64,000 nt of DNA from an uncultured archaeon (lineage in GTDB: Archaea; Thermoplasmatota; Penumbrarchaeia; JASLWR01), in NCBI GenBank assembly GCA_964430885.1, contig CAYSHM010000006.1, positions 86,645-150,644 on the forward strand, written 5' to 3'. Below, piece after piece: positions 47,853 to 56,300 of this stretch. Under the pieces are notes generated by a model that had not been told where the DNA came from, did not search any database, and saw only the letters and a program-made list of their open reading frames with translations. Position 1 is the first letter of the stretch. Each line of letters opens with the position of its first letter. A program made the translations under genes and the position numbers.

Positions 47853-49481
47853 ATGAACGAGGCTTTGGATATTGCCATAATCAATCTGTGTCAAGTTGTC
47901 TGTGTAGGGAAGGATCAGCCCTTTAAGAAGGGACCTGATCTCCATAACCTTAACCTCATTGAGACGGGGGATATAGGTATAAAGAACGGGCGGATAGTCT
48001 TTGTAGGTAAAGGTCTTCCGGAAAAAGGAAGGATAGATGATACCACTCGAATAATAGACGGCCGGGGATGCATTGCTCTGCCGGGTTTTGTTGACCCGCA
48101 TACGCATTTAATTTTCTCTGGTACCCGTGAGCATGAACTGGAGATGAAGCTCCTGGGTCACAGCTATATGGAAATACTGAAAGCCGGCGGAGGGATATTA
48201 TACACTGTCAAAAGGACCCGTAATGCATCTTTGGATGACCTTATGGATGAAGCTAGCCAAAGGCTGGACCGCATGCTCCTTCACGGAACCACAACCGCTG
48301 AGGCCAAAAGCGGTTACGGTTTGGATACTGAAACGGAACTCAGGTCACTTAAGGTCATATCACTCCTGAACAGTTCACACCCCGTCGATCTGATACCCAC
48401 ATTTCTGGGGGCTCATGCTCTTCCTCCGGAGTATAATAGTCATGAGGATTATGTGGACCATGTGATAACCGATATGCTCCCCAGGATAGTCAGGGAAGGT
48501 TTGGCCCACTACTGCGATGTTTTTCTTGAAAAAGGAGTGTTCGAGGTGAATGAATCCCGAAGATTGCTGTCTGCAGCCAGGGACCTTGGCCTTCTGCTGA
48601 AACTTCATGTTGACGAGATAGAAAACCTAGGGGGAACTGATCTGGCTTGCGAACTCGGTGCGGTTTCTGCGGAGCATCTGGTAAAGACCACGTCCCGTCA
48701 GATCCGTGAATTAGCGGAGAACAGGATCGCCTGCATATTCCTTCCGGGAACTCCTTTCTCATTGATGGACGGTCATTATCCGGCGGCAAAGGAGTTCATA
48801 GATGAAGGATGCATAGTCTCATTGGCCACAGACCTGAACCCGAATTGTATGTGTGTGAATATCCAGTTCATTTTGAGTCTGGCAGTTTATAATATGGGTA
48901 TGACCCCTGCTCAGGTGATAAGCGCTTCAACTCTGAATGCAGCATTTTCCATAGGAAAGCAGGATGAGATAGGATCAATAGAGGTTGGGAAGAGAGCCGA
49001 CATATCAGTTCTCGATCTTGATGATTATCGGAAATTACCCTACCAATTCGGTGTGAATCATATCAGACATGTCATTAAGAATGGAAATATCGAGGTTTTC
49101 AATGGGAAATTGGTGAACCGTGAGAGGTCGGTCTACATCTATGCCTTCAAAGACGATTGCCTTTTACTGGTAAAGAGCAGAAAGCGGAAGGGATGGGAGG
49201 TTCCTGGCGGAAAAATGAAACCCGGAGAATCAATTGAGGAAACGGCTCTGAGAGAGTTCATGGAGGAAACTGGTCATGATCTTCAGATAGTGAAGACTGC
49301 TGGTAAAGTGGTCTACGGCAGGGTTGGAAAGATGAAGGGTGATTTCGATAAAGAAGAGATCGAGAAAATAGGCTTATTCCACAAGCTCCCTGATGCCCTA
49401 AATTTTCCCAAGTCTGAATTTATTGCTTTTATTAAAGCGTCCCCAAAGGATATAACCCCTGATTGGATATATGGTAGGTGA
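47853..49481 (+). CDS. hutI: Imidazolonepropionase fused to a C-terminal Nudix hydrolase
   Basis: PGFVDPHTH, GGGILYTV, EAKSGYGL, TFLGAHA, LHVDEI and ATDLNP; then Nudix box GGKMKPGESIEETALREFMEETG. ATG at 47853 after AGGTG (track start 47829). Confidence 0.9.
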   Translation: MNEALDIAIINLCQVVCVGKDQPFKKGPDLHNLNLIETGDIGIKNGRIVFVGKGLPEKGRIDDTTRIIDGRGCIALPGFVDPHTHLIFSGTREHELEMKLLGHSYMEILKAGGGILYTVKRTRNASLDDLMDEASQRLDRMLLHGTTTAEAKSGYGLDTETELRSLKVISLLNSSHPVDLIPTFLGAHALPPEYNSHEDYVDHVITDMLPRIVREGLAHYCDVFLEKGVFEVNESRRLLSAARDLGLLLKLHVDEIENLGGTDLACELGAVSAEHLVKTTSRQIRELAENRIACIFLPGTPFSLMDGHYPAAKEFIDEGCIVSLATDLNPNCMCVNIQFILSLAVYNMGMTPAQVISASTLNAAFSIGKQDEIGSIEVGKRADISVLDLDDYRKLPYQFGVNHIRHVIKNGNIEVFNGKLVNRERSVYIYAFKDDCLLLVKSRKRKGWEVPGGKMKPGESIEETALREFMEETGHDLQIVKTAGKVVYGRVGKMKGDFDKEEIEKIGLFHKLPDALNFPKSEFIAFIKASPKDITPDWIYGR

Positions 49482-49485
49482 TAGA

Positions 49486-50052
49486 ATGTCTAGCCGAGCT
49501 TTACTGATAATTGATGTTCAGAACGACCTTTGTCCCGGAGGTAGTATGGCGATCGAGGGTGGTGAAAATATATTAAGAACCCTCAACAGATACATACAGC
49601 GTTTAAAGGTCCACTTTTTTGCATCTCGAGACTGGCATCCAGCTAAAACCAACCATTTCACGCCTTATGGAGGTGAATATCCCCCCCATTGTGTTCGGGA
49701 TACTTTCGGTGCGATGTTCCCCACAAATCTGAAATTGCCCGCCTCAACGATTGTCATCAGCAAGGGAATGGGACCCAGAGAGGAAGGTGTTTCTGCATTC
49801 AATGGTTATGATAATAAGGGAAGAAGTTTCGATGTTATTCTGGACGACATGGGAATAGGCTCCCTTTACGTATGCGGTCTTGGAACTGAACTTGGTGTGA
49901 AGGAGACGGTGATAGATGCCCTCGAACGTGGATATGTAGTCAAGCTTCTGACCGATGCTATCGGCGGTGTTGATGCTGGTGGGGCACGGTTGGCAATGGA
50001 AGAGATGGAGGCCTTAGGTGCGGATATGATCAACCTGCGGGATCTTGGCTGA
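49486..50052 (+). CDS. Nicotinamidase-like isochorismatase-family protein (catalytic Cys position reads Gly)
   Basis: ALLIIDVQNDLCPGG, SRDWHP, PPHCV, ISKG, SAF and GLGTELGV. ATG at 49486 after GGTGA (track start 49471). Confidence 0.8.
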   Translation: MSSRALLIIDVQNDLCPGGSMAIEGGENILRTLNRYIQRLKVHFFASRDWHPAKTNHFTPYGGEYPPHCVRDTFGAMFPTNLKLPASTIVISKGMGPREEGVSAFNGYDNKGRSFDVILDDMGIGSLYVCGLGTELGVKETVIDALERGYVVKLLTDAIGGVDAGGARLAMEEMEALGADMINLRDLG

Positions 50053-50084
50053 AATGAATTATCGGTCATCCAAGGTATCAAAGA

Positions 50085-50498
50085 CTATTTCCTTCTTCTG
50101 TCCCGCTCGTCATCCTCCTGCTGAATCTCCCTTTTAAGCAGCTCATGGTGCCATTTCTCCACAATAAAACTGTCCGACCAAGGACAATATGTGTCCTTTA
50201 TGGCACAGCCACGGTCAGGATCGAATATTACGGGATACAGCTGGCAACCCAAAGGTCTTATATCGTATATGGAGCAATTACCGCGGTCAAGAAAAAAACA
50301 ATTTCCGTCCACATTCTTCAGCTGGATGTATCCGTCGACCTTAATGGTGAAATTACTGAACCCCGCCTTTCTAATGGCACGTAGGTCCTTAAGGGATAAG
50401 GTCATTTCGGTATTCTGACAGCAACGGTAGCAACTGTGCACCCTGCAGGGCGATATTCCTCCTGAAACCGGAGGTCTGAGCTCAGTCATAATTACCAC
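50085..50498 (-). CDS. YkgJ family cysteine-cluster protein
   Basis: C...CYRCC, GNCFFL...CSIY.IRP.GC.LYP. Confidence 0.85.
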   Translation of the reverse strand: MVIMTELRPPVSGGISPCRVHSCYRCCQNTEMTLSLKDLRAIRKAGFSNFTIKVDGYIQLKNVDGNCFFLDRGNCSIYDIRPLGCQLYPVIFDPDRGCAIKDTYCPWSDSFIVEKWHHELLKREIQQEDDERDRRRK

Positions 50499-51010
50499 TG
50501 GTCTTTCTTTATGGGATTCAGGGTTATACCTGACTGACCCATGTAGTTTCCGCTCTTCTCTTCGTATAGAGATGAAGGAATGCTAGTCAGACGCTGGATC
50601 ACCAGTTGGACAATCCTCTCACCTGGCTTCAGAATGATGTCTGAATGAGAGCAGTTAAGAAAACTCAGGGTCAGAGTTCCCTCGAATCCCGCATCGATCT
50701 TGCCGAAAGCGGGTAGAAATCCCTTTCTGGCGAATGTTGTCCGTATCCAGCATTCTCCAACTAGATTAGGTCCGAACCTGAGCTTTTCCTGAGTAGATAT
50801 TATGAAACGGGATTTGGATGGTATAAGGGTCATTTCATTGGTCACGGTTTTCATCAGTTCGGGTATCAAAATTTCGCCTATTCTAAGGTCGTATCCGTTT
50901 GGCGTCAGGTCCTTTTCCCTGAAGGGTTGTATGGACAGTTCGTTATGCTCAATGGCTGAAATTATATCTACATCGCTGAGAATCGAGATTATATCACTTC
51001 CAATTATCAT
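50492..51010 (-). CDS. dcd: dCTP deaminase / dUTPase family protein
   Basis: ILSDVDI, LTPNGYDLR, RTTFARKG, GKIDAGFEGTLT, GERIVQL and SGNYMGQSG. Confidence 0.85.
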   Translation of the reverse strand: MIIGSDIISILSDVDIISAIEHNELSIQPFREKDLTPNGYDLRIGEILIPELMKTVTNEMTLIPSKSRFIISTQEKLRFGPNLVGECWIRTTFARKGFLPAFGKIDAGFEGTLTLSFLNCSHSDIILKPGERIVQLVIQRLTSIPSSLYEEKSGNYMGQSGITLNPIKKDQW

Positions 51011-51282
51011 TTTAATAAATGCTATCGATATGAAAATTATTATTTATACAGGTATTGATAATACAGCCAATTATATTTTGCTTGAAAATTTCTATTTCCT
51101 ATAGCTGAACATATCTAGATTATCTCATATGTTTCCGCTTTACAGACAATATTAAGAACCAACTAGCTTTAAATATTTTTTGAACCAAAACCTAGATCTA
51201 TACAATATTGATAAAATGAGCAATTGGATATCAGGATAACGATCATAAAAGAATTATATATTTTCACTGCTATAGCTGTTTC

Positions 51283-52287
51283 GTGAACAAAGCGGTCAAA
51301 GTAAAGGGATTGGTGAAATTCTTCCCGGAAAAAAGATCATTATTTCAGAATTTCGGAAGATCCGCAAATAAAAATGATTCTCCAAAGGGTATCTATGCCC
51401 TCAAAGGACTGAATCTCACGGTAGGGGTGAACCAGATATTCGGACTTCTAGGACCCAATGGTGCTGGTAAGACCACCCTAATTAAGACACTTAACTGCCT
51501 CATCCCTCCTACTAGAGGATCCGTTGAGGTATTGGGTATGGATCTATCAAAGGACCGAGAGAACATTCTGTCAAAGGTCGGTTATATGCCTGAGATCCCT
51601 TCATTTTATTCTGGAGTCACTACGGAAAAAATTGTGGAGTATTATTCCAAGCTTTATGGTTATCAAGGGGAGGAAGGTTCCCAAAGGGTAGACACTGTAT
51701 TGGAAATGGTTGATATGGAAGCAAACCGTAAAAAGAAAACAGACGACCTGTCATTTGGAATGAAGAAGCGTCTCTCCCTGGCTGTTTCGGTGATCAATGA
51801 TCCTGAGCTCCTGATACTTGACGAACCTACAGGCGGTTTGGACCCCAAGGGTAAGAAGGATTTTCAGGAGATGATAAGGGAACTATGCACAAGAGGGCGT
51901 ACGGTGATCATGTCCTCACACATCCTTCCTGAGGTCCAGCAGATGTGCAGTCATGCAGGTATAATATTGAAAGGAAAACTGATCAGCTCCGGTTCAATGA
52001 GTTCACTCCAGAAAACCATGCTGGGAGGTGAGACCGTAAAGATCCGAATAAGGATATCAGGCGAGGGAGAATCACCTAGAGAAGATATCAGCGCATTGGA
52101 GGGAGTGAAGAGGTTGGAAATGGTTGATGAGGAATTGATCATTTTTGCTTTGGACGGCGAACTAAGCGTAAAGGTGAATGAAATACTGGCAAATAAAGGT
52201 TGGAAGGTAAGTTCTCTTGTCATCGAGGAGCCGGAGCTTGAAGATATCTTCATGCATCATACTGAGGGTCGGAGTAGGAAGGGTTAA
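51283..52287 (+). CDS. ABC-2 type transporter ATP-binding protein
   Basis: GPNGAGKTT, LSFGMKKR, LILDEPTGGLD and SSHIL; TTATATAT ~25 nt upstream. Confidence 0.92.
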   Translation: MNKAVKVKGLVKFFPEKRSLFQNFGRSANKNDSPKGIYALKGLNLTVGVNQIFGLLGPNGAGKTTLIKTLNCLIPPTRGSVEVLGMDLSKDRENILSKVGYMPEIPSFYSGVTTEKIVEYYSKLYGYQGEEGSQRVDTVLEMVDMEANRKKKTDDLSFGMKKRLSLAVSVINDPELLILDEPTGGLDPKGKKDFQEMIRELCTRGRTVIMSSHILPEVQQMCSHAGIILKGKLISSGSMSSLQKTMLGGETVKIRIRISGEGESPREDISALEGVKRLEMVDEELIIFALDGELSVKVNEILANKGWKVSSLVIEEPELEDIFMHHTEGRSRKG

Positions 52288-52354
52288 TCTTAATGATTCT
52301 TTTAGAATTTATAAAATTTATCTTAATCCAATATTGATAGAATTTGGGGCGTTT

Positions 52355-53149
52355 TCATTCCAGTGTAAGCATTAATTCATTCAAACCTTCAATTTCGATT
52401 TCGTCCCCGGCCCAGTTGGAAATGATATCGCCGAAATCAGTTGATAACCTATTGACAATTTCCTTCATTTTGCTGATGGCAGGTTCAACATCCTCTCCCT
52501 TTCCAATGACAATAAGATAAAACCCTATACCCTCTTCTATCAGTATGTTATGGTCCCCTTTCTTGATATTCTTCAGGTTTCCCTCAACGGATAATGAATC
52601 GGATATGAACATCTTAACAGCAGTGAACATCCCGCCAAATGTATCATCATCCAAGTTCAGGTCCTCTCTAACGGTTTTTTTATACATCACTAGACCACCT
52701 TCTTTCAAAAGCATTACATAGGTAGTTGTAAATGTATCGAACTTTGTCAAGGATCTCTTCTTTGTAATAGCGTTTTCAACTGCACCAAAGAGCTTCTTGC
52801 TTTTTACAGGTTTAACAATAAAATCCAGAGCGCCCTTTTTAATTGCATCCACACCTGTTGTTATATCATCAACGGCACTTATCATGATGACCTGAACATT
52901 GGGGTCCTTATTTTTGATCAAGGACAAACATTCCAGACCGCTCATTTGGGGCATATTGATGTCTAGAAGGACCACAGAAGGTTCCACCTTTTCCATCATT
53001 TCGAGGGCTCTAATGCCGTTATCGGCAGTAAATACAGGATAATTCCTTTTTTCCAGAAGCCTGCTGAAAGTAACCCTTATGAAACTCTCATCATCCACAA
53101 TCAGTATCTTTTCCTCTGAAACATCTATCCCGTCAAGATCGTTTTCCAT
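52355..53149 (-). CDS. Response regulator receiver fused to a longin/roadblock-like C-terminal domain
   Basis: ILIVDDE, LLDINMP, MISA and FIVKP; C-domain DDDTFGGMFTAVKMFISDS...ILIEEG..YLIVI....NWAGD. ATG at 53149 (track start 53173). Confidence 0.8.
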   Translation of the reverse strand: MENDLDGIDVSEEKILIVDDESFIRVTFSRLLEKRNYPVFTADNGIRALEMMEKVEPSVVLLDINMPQMSGLECLSLIKNKDPNVQVIMISAVDDITTGVDAIKKGALDFIVKPVKSKKLFGAVENAITKKRSLTKFDTFTTTYVMLLKEGGLVMYKKTVREDLNLDDDTFGGMFTAVKMFISDSLSVEGNLKNIKKGDHNILIEEGIGFYLIVIGKGEDVEPAISKMKEIVNRLSTDFGDIISNWAGDEIEIEGLNELMLTLE

Positions 53150-53342
53150 TGAACAGCCCCGATATAACAGCATTCAAATCCATAGTTGCGGATTAATATA
53201 TTCAGTATGAAATCATCTAAGTTAGTATCAATACCCAGTTACTGAAATATGTAATTGTATTAGAATATTATATCATATTTTGCAAAATAGTAAAACTTAT
53301 ATTAAAACTCTACAGTCCAAAGTAATTCCACAACTCTACCGA

Positions 53343-56300
53343 TCAAGCTACCCAGAACTCAGATACTCTGCTCTTGACACGGGTTATGTTGTCGAATCTT
53401 ATAGCAATCATATCTGCGTCGTTCTCGCCGTGAGGCATTCGATGAATATGATAATCAGTATGGTCCTTGATATTGTTCTCAATATAATCCTGCCAGGCGT
53501 TGGCTACCGAGGATGATATATTTATATAGATCATCTCGCCACCCCCCAGCTCGAAAACCATCGGGTGTGAATGGACCAGTGAGAACTCTATACCAGTGGA
53601 CATCAGAGCTGAAGGCGACGGATTCTGGTTGGAGGATGATATGCTGTACATATCTAGAGTAAGAACTGTCTCATTTCCTATCTTTTCAATCTTGAAAACC
53701 GGTCCGGAAGTGATATATGGGCTGTCGCTGCCCCAATGGCTCTCCACAACAGCGCCCAGCTCGAGTCGGTATTCGCGGTCAGCAGCATGCTGAAGATAAG
53801 GTATGAACTTCACTCCGCCCCAGCCGATCATCCTCCCCTTGCTTCCGATCTCCATTGACAGAAACGGCATCTCTTCGTTGTAGCGCAGATGCCCTTCCTT
53901 TCCAGAACTGCCCACCAATGGAACTGAAGGGGATTTTGTATCTAGAGGTACGAATATGTTGCTTCCTGATATATTGTTCAGAGCCAATCGGTCCATACCG
54001 CTCTTCATGTCCATGAAATCCATCCTTACATCATCCAGGTAGTTCTCCTCGGCATCCTCGGTGTATCTGGGGACATAAAAAGCCAGTACAAGAGTGATTA
54101 TCAGTACAAGTATGGATACAACCATTATGGTACCCACCACAGATGAAACAGCCTTTTGGTCCGTTCTTTTATCTAAGCTAGTCTTCTTTCTATGTGAGAT
54201 TTTGCCAGAGAAAAACGATAACATAATTCCGGTACTCAGAAGAAGTAAAACAGCTGGGGCCAGAATTCCATTATCAGTCAGATCTTCTTCGGGTGTGATT
54301 TTCCCAGATAGACTTGTTATTTCAGTGATGCTTCTGGTGTTTTCAATAATCCAGAAATTATTATAGGTCATGTCAATGGCTGTGAATTCCCCGTCATAGA
54401 CCTGAACTCTTACCATGTAACGGCCGGGATCCATGGCTACTATATCCCAGGAATAACTAGATACATTCCAATAACCTGAGGCTATGCCCACCCAGTTCAC
54501 TCCGTTATCTATGCTGTAAAACAGGCTTGTATAAAGCACAGCTCCAGCATCAGGGTCTGACGCTATCCATGTGATATTGATAGAAGGTTCACTGTAAAAG
54601 CCACCTAATGAATATCCGATGGTTATTCCCCGGATAACCGGCGATTCCTGAATAATATTGCTCGCCAGTATTAGTCTGTAGCGGATGTATTGGTTGTTGC
54701 CAATGGATTCTAAAGTCCAGTTCCCAGGATTGGTGGAATTTTCTTGTATAGATATCCAATTAGACCATGAGGTATTATCCGATGAAATGGCTACATGAAC
54801 TGTTACTGAGGTCTGTAAAGGGATTACTCCATCGATATCGATGAAATCGAATATGACTGATTCTCCGCCGTTGAATCCTCCAGATATATATACACCAGAA
54901 GGCTTGTATTCCAGTACCAAACTGGTAGTGAAGTAGGTGGGACTGTTCATTCCCTGGTTGGTGGACCAGTCGAAATTGGCCCCAATATCACGCTGGAAGT
55001 CGAAGATTCTCATCTCCTGGGTTATGGGGGAGTTCCCGTCCCTGAAATAATCGAAGTAAAAGTCGGTCCCAGTTCCAATAATGTAAGCTCTATAGCCAAC
55101 TCCTGTTGAGTATACATTATTAAAATTTCCGTTATTGTTTGTATCCGCCTGCAGTCCCAGCTGGGTGAATCTGATATCCGGAGTCCCGTCTTTATTGAAA
55201 TCAATATAATAGTTGAAATTACCCCCGTAGTTGCGGATAAATATGCCCTGTTCGTCATTTACTTCGTCATATGCAAGTTTCAATTCCTCTTCGGGGCCGT
55301 AATCGAAATCCCGAGTATATTCCGAATCAACTCCATCAGCGCTTATATTCTGATCTTTATCTATTTCGGTCCACCCTTCATTCTCATCGGCATAAAGTTT
55401 CAGTTCACCATAAGTGGAATTCCAATCGATCCAGGTTATATTGCCGTCCTGGAAATCGGAATCGGTCTCATCAATGAATTTGAGAGTATCTGAACCTATA
55501 GGAGTAAGAAGTTCAACACTAGGTGCCTCATTGATGTTCTCCACCGCGAAATTCCCATCTGATATATCATAGGATGTTTCTATTCCGTCAAAGGCCATGA
55601 CCATGATCTGATAATCAACACCGTCACTCAAAATATTTGTATCCCATGTATATATTCCGTCATTGGGTGTGCCCATTACAAGCACGATCCAAGTAACACC
55701 GTTATCGGGACTGTAGTACAGGTCTACCTCCGTGATCTGATCGTGTGGGTCTTCATCATAAGCGGTCCATTGAATATCATAATAAGCATTTATTATTTCT
55801 CCGCTGATAGGCCTATCGATTTGGGTAAATGGCGGAGAGTTGTAATTGTCTATATGGACTGGTTCAGTTGTTGTATTTGTGCCGATTTTTGTTCCGTCTG
55901 ATGCAGAGATCCTAATGAAATAATCACCGTCAGAATATGCAGTTGTATCCCAGAAATATACACCATCATTGGTCTCGTTCTCGGAAAGGATGATCCAATT
56001 GTCACCATCAAGGCTGTATTCTATTGATATATTCACCTCATCCCCGTCACGGTCCCAGGCATCCCAGGATATGGGTATTGTTCCGGTCACAATCTCCCGG
56101 CCAACCGGATAGACTATACTAACCCTGGGTCTTGTGTTATGCAGCGAAGTGACTGTGAATTGGATTTCGTTATAATAGATGTCCCCTGTGGCGGAATTTT
56201 CCGAAGTAACCTTTAACCAATAGGTGCCAGGATCAATCTCTTCAGGCAGGGTCAATCTGGGACTCTTGTAGGTCACAAGGCTCGTCAAGCTGTTATCCAA

